Position numbers and translations under genes: made by a program. DNA of 52,695 nt. Origin: Gekko japonicus (taxonomy: Eukaryota). Location: assembly GCF_001447785.1 (NCBI RefSeq), contig NW_015173223.1:82593-135287 (forward strand). Reading direction: 5' to 3'. Positions 33,706 through 46,073 of this stretch are shown in pieces. The notes under the pieces are model-generated. The model was not told the origin of the DNA. It ran no database searches and saw nothing but the letters and a program-made list of their open reading frames with translations. Every line of letters begins with the position of its first letter. The stretch's first letter is position 1.

Positions 33706-35296
33706 AAGTATTTTGAAACTGTAATACTTGCTTGCAGAAATGCATGGTTAGATGTTCCAGAGTTATATCAATCTTTCTCTAAACCACTGCTAAAATACTG
33801 GGGTCTGGGCAAGCTGAGACTCTCTCAGGTGAGGGATCCATGTCCAGAAACAACTTTTCATAAAGACTTCAAGGAAGTCAGCCTGTAGAATTGCTGCTGA
33901 TTTTCTGGCTTTCTTAAAAAAAACACACAACAGTAATGATATGATCTAGAGGAGATCCCTGGGCGTCTTCACAGCAGTGATCCCCTATAGCTGCCTATTC
34001 AGCACAGGGGCAATGGGGCTTCCAGATGGCAGGTTCCCCCACTACATTTCCACTCCTTCATTCCCCCAGTGCTGCCATTTCCCTCTCCCCATACCAGTGG
34101 AGGTCAACACCCCCCCAAAAAAAATTTGATAATTGCTAGATTGTTATAACATTATACCGATATATCTACTAGATCTTCTTCATTCCCAGCTTTCCTTTGA
34201 AAAGAAAAAGTAAAATTCAAGCTCCTTTAATTGTAAATGAAATGAAACATCTCTCAGGAAGGAAGAAAAAAAGCTAGAGACTTACTTTCTAACTAATAAA
34301 AAGTTGGGAATTCAAAGGAACTAATAAGTAGATTGCGACAATGTTATAATGCTATAAGGAGTTAGCTACCTATTGCTGATTAAAGAAAAGAACAGGCAAA
34401 TGTGACAGGGTGTAATTGTGAATGTAAATTTGATCAAGGGTAGTTTGAGAAACCATGGGAAAGCCATAGAAAGATAACAGGTGGATAACCAAGTTGTGTG
34501 GAAGCCTGGAAATAGTCCACTGTGTGTCAGTCTCCCTATGCATTTTACAGCTGCCATTGAGAGAGGAGGTTCCTCTCTTTTTGATGTGCCAGTGGTTTAT
34601 CACCTTAGTGGGGCCAAATGTCCTGGCTTCTCAAATGTCTGTTATTCTGTTTTCTTTGCTATGGAGAGGCTACATGCCTGTGTGTGTCGGTAGATAACTG
34701 TTAATTCTGGCGGGCAAATACCGAGGGGTGATTGGGTCCTGCTCTTTAGTGCCTTTACTTGAACACACTATATCTGCAACCTTTGCGCGTTCAACTTCAG
34801 TCCTAACAATAGCTCATGTCCAGTATGGTATCTATCAATGTATCAATAAAGTTAACTTTCTGAGAAGTGACTGGTGTGGAGAACTGATTTAACCAGGATT
34901 CTGGCACTGTGGCTGGGAGCTAAAACCAGTGTACAATGTGGAAGTCACCTAGCTTACTTCTGTTCCATAACATACTTGTATTGTCCAAGGTTTAGTGCTT
35001 CTGTTAGCCGGATGAAACATTCCAAGTGTTCTTTGGGCAATGTACCATATCAGTTCTTGAGACTGTATTAATGCATAGAATGTATCCATTTCCATCCTAA
35101 TGACTTCTGCACTATGGGTTCTTCTTCCACTATACTCCCAGAAATCATGTCCAAGTGGCTGTAGATGGGTGCATACTCAAAGAAAATATGCAGTTGGGTC
35201 AGGGGGAAGAATGTGTGTGGTGTCTTAACTGTCCATAAGTATTACAAAATTTTAATGGTGTAAGGATAAGCCAATGATTATGAGTAGAAATGTACT

Positions 35297-35532
35297 CATA
35301 TGGATCAGAGATCCATCAGTGGCTATTAGCCACAAGGTATAGATAGGAACTCTCAGGCTGAGGCAAGTGATGCTCTGTATTCTTGGTGCTGGGGGGGCAA
35401 CAGTGGGAGGGCTTCTAGTGTCCTGGCCCCACTGGTGGACCTTCTGATGGCACCTGGTATTTTTGGCCACTGTGTGACAGAGTGTTGAACTAGATGGGCC
35501 ATTGGCCTGATCCATCATTGGCTTCTCTTATG
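35297..35532 (+). mobile_element. CR1 3' UTR fragment
   Basis: Reverse complement of 5992-6235; ends TTCTCTTATG. Confidence 0.88.
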
Positions 35533-35666
35533 TACACAATTCTATGCAGAATGTACATTTTACCATATAGTTAACTAAAGAAAAAAATACTGTCCACAGT
35601 TAGACAATGATTCTTTCCTTCTTTCTTCACCCATGGTCTACACACATAGCCTTACGCACATATAAA

Positions 35667-35885
35667 GAGAGTATGGCATAGTGATTAGAGTGTTGGATGA
35701 CCCATGTTTGAATCCCCACACTGTCATTGATGGTTTCTTGTTGATCTTGGGCCTGTCACACAATGTCCACCAGACCTACCTCATAGGGTTGCTGTGAGGA
35801 TAAAATGGAGGAGGGAAGAATGATGTTTATAGATGCTTTAGGTCACCCTTAGAGAGAAAAGCAGGGTATGGATATCTAAATAAAT
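35667..35885 (+). mobile_element. Old Squam3A-type SINE
   Basis: GAGAGTATGGCATAGTGATTAGAGTGTTGG..CCTACCTCATAGGGTTGCTGTGAGGATAAAATGG..TAAATAAAT. Confidence 0.75.
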
Positions 35886-36471
35886 ATACATAAATATGCT
35901 TGGTGTGCATGACTGTGAACTCTGAAAAATGCAGGTACCAAGGAGGCCAGGTACATTGAGAGATAAAGGGTTGGATCCAACCAACTTTTCCACTGGTGAA
36001 ACAGGGAGGAGGGTGTCCCCTTTTGATAACCTCAAAAGGCTGTGCCAGAGTTTTTGAGTCTCTTGTGGACAAAAAACCAGGTGGGATAATGCCTGTAGCA
36101 AGGAGAGAAATTGAGCAAGATCGTGTGAAATCCATTGATTGCATGTGACGAGTCTACTTACAAAGAGTCTGTATGTCTTAGAAGTTACATTGAATGCACG
36201 TAGGGAAGCCGTAGGGGAGCAGTGCCATTTCTTCCTTAGATGAGTTCACTGTCCATGAAAATAATGGGATGGATCCAGACTAAATCTTCTATCAGTGGAA
36301 TGGGACATTTCTGCCTCCCCCCCCCCCAGTGCAGCCCTATGATCTCCACAAAATTTTGTTCCTGGGGGATAGAAAACCCTAAGGCATGACACAAGGAGGG
36401 AAGGTTGTAGTCAAAACAGGGAATCAGTGGGAATTGCCCCTTTAGTCAGAATTCTATTGCCTGTGCACACC

Positions 36472-36690
36472 GTGACCTGGATGGTCCAGCCTAGCCTGAT
36501 CTCGTCAGACCTTGGAAGCTAAGCAGGGTCAGCCCTGGTTACCATTTGGATGGGAGAATACCAAGGAAGTCCATGGTCATGATCCAGAGACAGGCAATGG
36601 CGAACTATCTCTGAACATCTCTTCCCTTGAGAACCCCCACAGGATTGCCTGCCATGTCGTCTGTGACGTGACAGCACTTTCTACCACCAT
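36472..36690 (+). mobile_element. 5S rRNA-derived SINE (5S-Sauria-like)
   Basis: GCCTGATCTCGTCAGACCTTGGAAGCTAAGCAGGGTCAGCCCTGGTTA..TTGGATGGGAGA followed by a non-5S tail. Confidence 0.85.
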
Positions 36691-37593
36691 CATGCTCTGC
36701 CAGCTCACCCAGGATCCTGATGCCATTCCTTTTTTCTTGCTCTCCCAGCCTCAGCCAGCCAGTCAGCACAGCTCTGGTCTCCTCTCTTTCCAGCCGCAGG
36801 CCATTCTCATTTTTTACATGATTGCACCTACCATTCCCCACGATGGTGCAGTGGCCAAGGTGGGGTATGGAACAAATGCAAAGCCGTCTTCAACTGGGCA
36901 AGAATCCTTTCCACAATTCTGGTGACTCTCCACCAGCACTGGGACCATTTCAAATATGCACATGCTTGGGGCTGTAGGCAGTCCGGTCAGACTCAGCGCA
37001 AACAAATGCTGAAAACATGCACGACCAAAACAAAATATTAAAGAATTGAAATAGATGGAAGAAGGATGGGTGGATTCATGGATGGATGGATGCATGCATG
37101 CATGAGCATGGAGAAGTTGCCCCCACCTTTCTATAAATGGAAGAACCAGAAATTGAAAAAAAAAAGTGTGAACTGGTAGCCAGAAGTCTCTTTGTCTCTA
37201 CCCTTCAGCCATATTTGTTCCTGAGGAGTATTATTAACTGCGTTCGTTGATCTTCAAATAAACAATAAACATCATAACATGATAGGTATGGATTTGTTTC
37301 ATGAAAAGGGAAATGTTTATTAATTAGCTGAGTTCCACTAAATATATAACTTCATCTCTAAGCTATTACATTATTGTCTGAGTAACAATCCCATATTCTA
37401 ATTCCCTATAGTGCTAAACAGAGCCTCCATGTTCAGAGGCAGTATAAATACAGGTTTGCTTATGGAGCAATAAGGGGAGGAAATTCTAGTTTCTGTTCCC
37501 TTGCTTGTGAGCCTTCTGAAGGATCTATGTGGTCAATATAGGAAACGGGAAGCTGGACATGGTGGACCCCTGTAGTATTCAGTAGGGCTCATC

Positions 37594-38556
37594 TTATATT
37601 CTTGCGTTCTTGTAAAGTTTTATGGCACCTTTCTTCAATGCTTCCTTAACTTCTTTGTTTCTTAGGCTGTATATAAGGGGGTTAGCAAGAGGAGTCAATA
37701 TGGTATACAGGAGAGAAAACACTTTGTTCAGGTCTCTCAGGGTGCTAGAGTTTGGCAAGACATAGACAATGATAAGAGTCCCGTAAAAAATGGTCACCAC
37801 TAGGAGGTGAGAGGAGCAGGTAGAGAAAGCCTTCTGCCTCCCTGCGGTAGATGGGATTCCCAGGATAGAGGTGATGATGCAAATGTAGGTTGCCAAAGTT
37901 AACAAGAAAGGTGGAAAAGCACACACAGATGACAATATGAAACTTAAGACCTCTATTGTTCTGGTGTTGCTACAGGACATACTGACCATTGGGGCAAAAT
38001 CACAAAAGAAGTGGTCCATCTCGTTGGGACCACAAAACACTAGCTGGGACATGAAAGTGGTAGTGATGGTGATAGCTAGCCAGCCACTCATCCAGGAACC
38101 GACAGCTAGCTGAGCACATAGTTTGTCATTCATGACAGCAACATAATGCAGTGGCTTGCATATGGCTAAATAGCGATCGACGGACATGGCAGCGAGCAGA
38201 AAACACTCTGTTGTGACAAGGATGCCAAAGAAATAGAACTGGGTAACACAACCTATGAAAGAAATAGACCTGTCCCCTGTGCAGAGACTATACAGCACCC
38301 TGGGAAGGATGGCTGAGCTGTAGAAGGTCTCCAAGAAAGACAGGTTGGCCAAGAAGTAGTACATCGGGGTGTGAAGATGCTCATCTGATACAACAAGCAC
38401 AATGATTAGGAGGTTCCCACTGATGGTCACAATGTAAATCACAAAAAGCAGCAACAGGAGTGGAATCTGGGCCTCCCAGGCATTCCCAAACCCCAGCAGA
38501 ACAAATTCTGTAATCCTTGTTTGATTTCCTCCATGTTGTGATTGCCAGAGTGGCAT
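37594..38556 (-). CDS. Olfactory receptor, class II (OR6/OR11-like), intact, 320 aa from the first ATG
   Basis: MPLWQSQHGGNQTRITEFVLLGF; LHTPMYYFL, MSVDRYLAICKPLHY, KAFSTCSSHL, PLANPLIYSLRNKEVK; polypyrimidine-CCAG acceptor with AG at 38577-38576. Confidence 0.96.
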   Translation of the reverse strand: MPLWQSQHGGNQTRITEFVLLGFGNAWEAQIPLLLLLFVIYIVTISGNLLIIVLVVSDEHLHTPMYYFLANLSFLETFYSSAILPRVLYSLCTGDRSISFIGCVTQFYFFGILVTTECFLLAAMSVDRYLAICKPLHYVAVMNDKLCAQLAVGSWMSGWLAITITTTFMSQLVFCGPNEMDHFFCDFAPMVSMSCSNTRTIEVLSFILSSVCAFPPFLLTLATYICIITSILGIPSTAGRQKAFSTCSSHLLVVTIFYGTLIIVYVLPNSSTLRDLNKVFSLLYTILTPLANPLIYSLRNKEVKEALKKGAIKLYKNARI

Positions 38557-38635
38557 GCAGACAAAATCCAGCACTCTGGAGAAAGAAAATGAAGGAAAAG
38601 GGGAGGACAGTTGAATTCAAAATGCTAAACAAATC

Positions 38636-38933
38636 AAGAAGAAGAAGAAGAAGAAGAAGAAGAGTTTGGATTTATATCCCGCCCTTCACTACCCAAAGGT
38701 GTCTCAGAGCGGCTTACAAACTCCTTTCCCTTCCCTTCCCCACAACAGACACCCTGTGAGGTTGGTGGGGCTGAGAGAGCTCTTGACAGAAACTGCTCTT
38801 TTTCAAGAACAGCTCTTATCAGAACTACGGCTTGCCCAAGGTCATCCAGCCAGGTGCAAGTGGAGGAGTGGGGAATCAAACCCGGTTCTCCCAGATTAGA
38901 GTCCGCACACTTAACCACTACACCAAACTGGCT
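38636..38933 (-). mobile_element. Squam3B-type SINE with (GAA)n tail
   Basis: Reverse complement of the 9778 copy. Confidence 0.92.
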
Positions 38934-39919
38934 TAACTATTTCTAGATGTCTAGATCTTAGTTTGTAACGCAAGCTCTGTATCAATGCGCTAACCATTTT
39001 TATTTTTCACATGATTTAGGTTATTGCCACAGAGATTTTAGCAAAACCATTTTGCAAGAAACAATGTCATAGTTTTAGAAGGAAGGTGAATCCCACATCA
39101 TGTACAAAATAAAAGGGGTTGGATCCAGCCAGGTTTTCTGGTGGTGAAAAAGGAAAGTGTGTTCTTTGAATACCCTAAAAAGGCTGGGAATTATGGGGTC
39201 TGCATGTATGCAGTGAGGAGAGTAAATAAGGAGGAGAATTTGGTGTGTCTGAGCAAAAAAGCTGACAGTATGCTCATTATGCTAAGCAAAACAGATAACA
39301 TATGAGACCCAGAACAGAAACTCTCCCTGAGCCTGTTTGCGGGGAGAGCGGGGTATAAAATAAATAAATAAATAAATCTCCTAGCACTACACTTGTGTAA
39401 CGGGGGCCGTAATAGAGTGGAATTTGAGAAAGAATTTGTGAAAACTGGCTGATTCCAACAAGGGTCATTTCCTTGAGGATAACAAAACCAATTTGCTCTA
39501 TTTACATTAAAATGTAAATCTTAATGTCCCACCATGTATCAAATGCAGTGGATTCTATACAGCTCAGTCCTATGCATGCTTACTCACAAGTGAGATCTAC
39601 AGCATTCACAAGGTCTTAATCTCAAGTAAGTATGCATCAGACTGTAGGTTTGTAAGTCTGACTGTAGATCAGACATCTGAAAAGGTAAAGTGAGATGTCC
39701 TTGCTCTTGCATTGTTCAGAGATGCAGAATATATGTGGTGATGATTGCCTTTCATAGCTTTCTGAAAGCAGTCAACTATGCTTATCCAACACTCTAATGT
39801 TTACACCGTAGTGGCTTTATAGGGAACAACTCCAGTCCCCCCTAATAATTTTCAGCTTTCAGCATCTGTATATTCTGGTGGGCTCAGAGGGACTGGCTAC
39901 CTTGGTGATCTTAGAATTT

Positions 39920-40268
39920 TAGTCCAAACCCATGCTCAGTGCAGGATCAGCCTAGAGCATCCCTGACAAGTGTTTGAAGACTGCCAGTGAGGGGGAGTTC
40001 ACTACCTCCCTAGCCAGCCAATTCCACTGCTGAACTACTCTTACTGTAAAAAAATAAATAAATCCTAATATCCAGCTGGTACCTTTCTGCCCGTTATGTA
40101 AACTCATTATTGCAAGTCTTATCCACTGCTGCCAACAGGAACATCTCCCTGCCCTCCTCAACATGACAGACTTTCAAATACTTAAAGAGAGCAATCATGT
40201 CTAACCTCAGTCTCCTCTTCTCTAGATTGAACATGCCCAGGTCCTTCAGCCTTTTCTAGTAGGGCTTA
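39920..40268 (-). mobile_element. CR1 LINE 3' fragment
   Basis: FFTVRVVQQWN.L.REVV.SPSLAVFK..HLS; LEKRRLR-like upstream. Confidence 0.85.
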
Positions 40269-41858
40269 CGGACTTACATGGATATACATAGCACAAATTG
40301 GATTGTATAACTCCCTCCTGTGCAGTTTGATCACAATCTCAGACTGAAGGGCTAAATAGTGAAAATGCCAATTGTCACATGAAGACTTTGTGGTGCTGAA
40401 GCTTCGACTCTGCCTTTTCCCCCTTAAACAAATCTGAGTTAAAAAAGACTGACTTACCAGGAAATAGGTTTGCCTGTTTAGGATGTGTATCGTAGAGTCC
40501 TGCTGGTATCTCAGATCTCCAGCATCAAGAAGTCAACATGAGGGCTGATAGCGGAGGCTGCAGCAATCGGTCTGAACCATCCGAGTCATTGCAAAATACA
40601 TCACCTCTTCTTCTTTCAGTATTAGTAGACCTTCAAAAGAGTATAAAACTCCCTTTAAAAATTCCTGGTAGAAGGCATAATCTCCCTAGATATTTGTACA
40701 CAGGAGAACAATAAACTATTTTAAACAAAAGGGGAAAAAAAGAATGCTTACCTGTGAGTGAAAAGAAGAATCAAAACAATATGGTTTTCACTTTATATTG
40801 TGTTGAATTTTAGCAAGGTATATGAGTATGTACTTGATGTAATATGGACAGGGCGGATTCCATGCTGGGGCAGGATTTTTTTTATTTTTTTTATTTATTT
40901 ATTGGGATTTTTACCCCTCCCTCCCCACAAAATGGGCTCAGGGCGGCTTACAAGGGGCAATGCCCATATAAAACAGGATAAAAGCAATTAAAACATTAAT
41001 AACAATTAATCACAAACAGCAATGAGTAAGATTCCTGCCAGTGTCTGTCGCCCCCCCCCCGCACCATCAATGGTCACTCATACAGGTGTGTAGAAAAAAA
41101 CCAGGGCATAGCATTGCCACAGACTGCCAAACCTTTACCATGTCTACCAACAAGCATGGCCACCCCCAACCACCATGTTGTATGCCCCCCCCAGTTAGGA
41201 TCAGGGTTGCAAGAAGATCAGGTATAGGCTGATGGCTTTCCCAAACCAAACTGGAAACCTAGGAGCACACGTTACCTAGTGCTTGTAACTGTGAACATCC
41301 CAACACTATATCCAAAGTCCACATTAAACGTCTAAAGTCATTTCTCATTGGTAGGTAGGCCAATAGGCATGGGCACTGGAACCTCCTCCTACCAAACTGC
41401 ATATCCCCTTTGAAGAGGGTCCATCCACACTAGAAAGACGATGTGCCAGCAGCTTATGCAGTCACCCTACACCCATGCTCACTTATCCACTCAGAACCCT
41501 TTCTTGAACTTATTGGGAGAGGGGTGAGGTATTAATGCCATCACAGGTGGTAGTGACATTACTGACCCAAATCCCAACAATGGCAAACAGCAACCACTAA
41601 CACTACCTGCCCTCTTGTACAGTTTGTATGATTATGTGCTTAGGGTCAATTTGATGTTTTACCTTGATGGGTTATGTCAATTCATGTGGTTCAGTGGTCA
41701 ACTGTGGCCTTAGGACAATTATGAATCCCTTATCCCTGCAGTTTCAAACCCCCCCCCCCCATTTTGATTTCTTTTTTCCAAAAGGAGGCATGGATCCGAT
41801 TGAATTGTGCTGCTGGGCAAAGTGCCAAGAGCAGATCTGTAGTAGCTGATTGTATCAG

Positions 41859-41917
41859 AGGAAAGCAGAACAAGAAAATGAAACTACCATCACTGAATTC
41901 AAGGCTTTGGGAATCTG
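41859..41917 (+). pseudogene. OR N-terminal micro-stub
   Basis: AAA GCA GAA CAA GAA AAT GAA ACT ACC ATC ACT GAA TTC .. GGC TTT GGG AAT CTG = KAEQENETTITEF..GFGNL; upstream 41625-41700 is homologous to the upstream of the 30442 stub. Confidence 0.8.
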
Positions 41918-42054
41918 AAATCCAGGAACTTTAAGACACAATAGTTGGAGGATAGAGGGAATTGGTATTAATTGAATCAGAAAGAATAAACTTGAGAATG
42001 AAATACCAGCTATCACCACAGGAGGGCACATTCAAAAGAAATACTCAGTTATTA

Positions 42055-42479
42055 AAAATACCTAAAGGTATCAGTTATCTTACAAAGTAATTTCAAAGGG
42101 AAATTAGAGAGTCTGCTGAATTGCAACTGATAACGAAGCTCAAGACAATGCATCCACCTGGACTGAATCGATACCTAGGTTTCCTGTCTCATTACCGATG
42201 CTGATTTCTCCATGCCTACAACTTCTCTACATATCACACCTAATCAAATCAAACCTTCCATTGTCATTTGCCTGCTGATATCATTTGGCATCTGACATCA
42301 CTCCACTTTCCAATATATCGGACAGATGGACTCACATTCTAGCTGTATCTGGAGAACTGGACAGTGACTCATGAAGCTCATACCCTGCCACAAATTCTGT
42401 TCGTCTTTAAGGTGCTACTGGACTTTTACTCTTTTCTACTGCTGCAGACAGACTAACACTGCTACGCATCTTCATCTAT
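42055..42479 (+). mobile_element. Penelope-like element 3' fragment (GIY-YIG C-terminus plus pseudo-LTR with decayed hammerhead)
   Basis: 11-bp TSD CTCAGTTATTA (42044-42054, 42480-42490); LQSNFKGKLE..SAELQLITKLKTMHPPGLNRYLGFLSHY; GTAT-CTGGAGA..GAA-GCTC-ATAC at 42345-42383; empty site in the paralogous arm near 30840. Confidence 0.85.
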
Positions 42480-42667
42480 CTCAGTTATTATTTAGATAAA
42501 AATCATTCCCCAGAAACAAGATAATAGATATTTTATTTTAATTTAACACACTCAGGAAAGCAAACAGTATTTTTAAAACACATCAATGAAAATTTATCTT
42601 TACATTATTAAAACTCCATCCTCTAGACATCTGTGGCTGTATAAGGGGATGTGGCTCAGCATCTACT

Positions 42668-42791
42668 TGTGTGAAGGTGGTGATCAGCCACAACCAATAC
42701 CACAATGAGGATGTTCCCCAGCACGGACACAATGTAGATTACTAAAAGCGGAAGCAATTGCTGTTTCATTTTCTGGTTCTGCTTTCCCCAT
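42668..42791 (-). pseudogene. OR pseudogene 5' stub with internal deletion
   Basis: MGKAEPENETAI / frameshift / LVIYIVSVLGNILIVVLVVADHHLHT; truncated at the same point as the 30442 stub. Confidence 0.9.
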
Positions 42792-43045
42792 GTTGGTAGC
42801 TCAAACCTGCAAAGGCCAAAAATAAAGTACACTTTAGTGTGGTGAAAATCAATGTATGTAAATAGATATTGTATGTAAATACCAGGAACATAAATTCACT
42901 GAACCCATCAAGGCAAAAGACCTAATAAACCCCAAGCACAGAAACATAAAAGCAGTTGTCCACCATCTTCATCCATATGCTCCTAGAATAAGTGGGTTTA
43001 AAAATGGCAAGTCTTCATCACAATTACCACCATCTTAGTGTGAGC

Positions 43046-43155
43046 CAGGGGTCGTTTCATAGAAAAAGAGCTAGGGGAACTCATTAGCATAACTCATTAG
43101 CATATGCCACACCCCCTGACATCACCGGAAGTGTGTCATAAGGCCACACCCCCTG
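43046..43155 (-). mobile_element. One end of the hAT MITE family of 11102-11567
   Basis: Reverse complement of 11458-11567. Confidence 0.88.
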
Positions 43156-43412
43156 CCTGCAGTAAATTTTAAGAGGATTCTAGCAACTTTATTCTTCTAG
43201 TAACGGTGGTTTATAGAGACCTTATGAATGGTGCCAACATAAATCATTGTTTCAAATGGACTGTATGGACCATCATGATAGCAGAAACGCCCACTTCCAA
43301 GATGGACAAAGCTTCGTGGCACACCAACAACCTCACCAGAAAGCTTGTGGGCACAAAGTGCAGACGCTGAGTAACAGACAGCGCAGATCATCAATAAAAA
43401 TGCACAGTTACT

Positions 43413-43677
43413 CAAGAAGAGAAAAAAAGAGAGTTGGATTTATACCCCATCCTTCACTACCCGAAGGAGTCTCAGAGCGGCTTACAATCTCCTTCCCCTC
43501 CCCTTCCCACTTGTGAGGTAGGTGGTGCTGAGAGAGCTCTTTCGAGAACTGCTCTGAAACAACTTGTAACTGACCCAAAGTCACACCAGCAGCTGCATGT
43601 GAAAGAGGAGTGGGGAATCAAACCCAGTTCTCCCAGATTAGAGTCCGCGCTCCTAACCACTACACCAAACTGGCTCC
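43413..43677 (-). mobile_element. Squam3B-type SINE
   Basis: Reverse complement of the canonical SINE. Confidence 0.9.
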
Positions 43678-44127
43678 CAAAGAGGTCACTATAAGTGTTT
43701 GCGATGTGCAGCATGTCCATTGAGTGAGGAAATGAAATTCGTCTACTTTCCAGAAATTAACCATAGGAGAGAATTGAGCAGTTACTCTTCATGTTCCACG
43801 AAGCGGGCCATTTATGTAATCACCTGTCCCTGTGGGCTAAAATACATTGGAGAATTGACACGGGCAATTAAGACCCGAATTTTGGAACCTAAGTCCAAAA
43901 TTAAACACAAACATACAGAAGCCCCCCTCGTGGACCTTTTTATTTCTATGGGTCATAGATATGACGATTTTAAATTTGTAGTTATAGAAGTGATCCAGAC
44001 CAGCAATTACTGTAGAAGAGATATTAGACAAACACTCTTGCGACGAGAAGCCTTTTGGATTTTTAAATTAAACACTGTTTATCCATTTGGTTTGAATGCA
44101 TCCCTGGATTTGACATGTTACTTATGA
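43678..44127 (+). mobile_element. Penelope-like element (Neptune-type) GIY-YIG endonuclease fragment
   Basis: GHYKCLRCAAC Zn-finger-like linker; C.TKRAIYVITCPCGLKYIGE.TR.IKTRI.E; LLRREAFWIFKL.T..P.GLN; 5'-truncated; 3' UTR runs into a gap. Confidence 0.9.
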
Positions 44128-44223
44128 ACACTTATAAAGTGTATTTTATTTTACCTATATGCATGGATGATTGTCATAGGAGTTGGTGATTTGTGTACTT
44201 GTGTATGAGTAGTAACAGGATCA

Positions 44224-44685
44224 NNNNNNNNNNNNNNNNNNNNNNNNNNNNNNNNNNNNNNNNNNNNNNNNNNNNNNNNNNNNNNNNNNNNNNNNNNNNN
44301 NNNNNNNNNNNNNNNNNNNNNNNNNNNNNNNNNNNNNNNNNNNNNNNNNNNNNNNNNNNNNNNNNNNNNNNNNNNNNNNNNNNNNNNNNNNNNNNNNNNN
44401 NNNNNNNNNNNNNNNNNNNNNNNNNNNNNNNNNNNNNNNNNNNNNNNNNNNNNNNNNNNNNNNNNNNNNNNNNNNNNNNNNNNNNNNNNNNNNNNNNNNN
44501 NNNNNNNNNNNNNNNNNNNNNNNNNNNNNNNNNNNNNNNNNNNNNNNNNNNNNNNNNNNNNNNNNNNNNNNNNNNNNNNNNNNNNNNNNNNNNNNNNNNN
44601 NNNNNNNNNNNNNNNNNNNNNNNNNNNNNNNNNNNNNNNNNNNNNNNNNNNNNNNNNNNNNNNNNNNNNNNNNNNNNNNNNNNNN
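44224..44685. other. Assembly gap (N run)
   Basis: Run of N. Confidence 1.
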
Positions 44686-45657
44686 CTCGAGAGGAACTCT
44701 CTGCACCGGGCAGCAGAGGGGGAGGTACAGGGGGGCATGGCGGGAGGGTGGCCCAGCTGAAGCTCCTCCTGGAGGGGACCGGACGGAGGACACAGTTTGC
44801 ATTCCTCTGCAGCCCTGGAAGGGGTTAAACCCACAGAGCCTTTTGGTAGAGAGGCCACTTCTTTGCCGCGCCGCAGGATTGTCCTGTGATCGGCACCTCC
44901 CCCCTAACCATGGGACCTTGATGGGACCTTGACTGGACGTCTGATCGTGCAGCCACGTGTTATTTTGCTCCAGGGCAAACAGCCATGCCCCCCCCTCGCA
45001 TTTTCCTGCCCGTATGACCGGGGCCATGAATAAACAAACTTCGTAAGATGGAGTCTGCAGGTCTCAAACCTAGTGCATTCCACCCCCCACCCCTGTTTCT
45101 GTAACTAGCATTAATTCATTTAATTGTAGGGAGAAAGGGTTCCTGTTGTTGTCTTTTCCTTTCTTATTAGATCATCTGAGGTTCTTTTCTTTCCCGTGGT
45201 GCTCCCTGGAGGTAGAAAGTATAACTGCCACGTATCACCTCAGACACCAAATGTGTCACTGGAAATACAGAAGCCACTTCAAAAGAGACTGTGAACGTCT
45301 CCTGTGGGAAGGGAGGGAAAAAATGGGGTGGTGAGAGAATCATCCAGATGAATTATATAAGGTGGAAACAAATCTGAGACAAAAATGCATTTCCAGGAAG
45401 AATGGAGGTCTTGAGGAGAAAAAGGAAGGGAGACTGTGTCCTGAACAGAACCACGGAGGTAAGTAAGGAAATCCAGCACTGTGACCATTTCTTAGAGTGC
45501 AGTGGGTAACAAGAAAGGGATAGGAGGGAAATATATTGTGTCTCAGAACTTGGTGTGAGAGGATTTTCCGTGCTCTTATAATCTCATCGAAATTCACAAA
45601 TATTCAGTCAGTTCTGGGAAAGGGAAGAATGGAGCTGCGGTCCTGTAGTGCTTTTAT

Positions 45658-46070
45658 TGAACATGCAGATACTCATATCATACAATTGAAATGATTGAAC
45701 ATATGATTATGGAGTGCTCTATATTCAATGAGTTGAGGGCTAATTTAGTCACCCCTTTACTTAAAGATATGGAAATGCTAAATGTGCGAGCCCAGGTGTC
45801 ATGACTACTATTGGATACCAATGATCGTGTCACCCTCTCAGTGGCAAAATTCATAGGTGTAATAATCAAATATAAGAGAAATAATATTAAGGTCTTTTGA
45901 AACATTCTATTTGGTTCTGAATTCTGCTTAAGGTGATAGCTGTATGAGCAGTACTAGTTACATGATATAGATAGATAGATCGATCGATAGATCGATAGAT
46001 CGATAGATAGATGATAGATAGATAGATGATAGATAGATGATAGATAGATAGAAGATAGATAGATGATAGA
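45658..46070 (+). mobile_element. LINE 3' fragment (RTE-X-like) with a (GATA)n tail
   Basis: 12-bp TSD TAGTGCTTTTAT (45646-45657, 46071-46082); EHMIMECSIFNELR..L..PLL..LLLDTN..VT..VAKF; empty site in the paralogous arm near 25945. Confidence 0.7.
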
Positions 46071-46073
46071 TAG
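45964..46073 (+). repeat. (GATA)n microsatellite
   Basis: Imperfect GATA/GAT/GATC array. Confidence 0.95.

Noticed and set aside
36472-36590. 5S rRNA gene (also 29770-29885)
   Set aside because: Diverged, lacks true 5S ends and a terminator, and continues into a SINE tail.
38557-38574. N-terminal extension MLDFVC of the third OR in the ORF track
   Set aside because: Starts at GTG just after a splice acceptor; the first ATG is at 38556.
43699-44127. GIY-YIG ORF as a host or domesticated nuclease gene
   Set aside because: No ATG start, 5'-truncated at a SINE, and conserved His positions appear substituted; matches a Penelope-element C-terminus.
44151-45027. Long ORFs spanning N runs (also 64-561)
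   Set aside because: Artefacts of assembly gaps.
44686-45130. GC-rich segment with AATAAA as an LTR end
   Set aside because: The 5' part is lost in the gap and no terminal CA or TSD could be fixed; not supportable.
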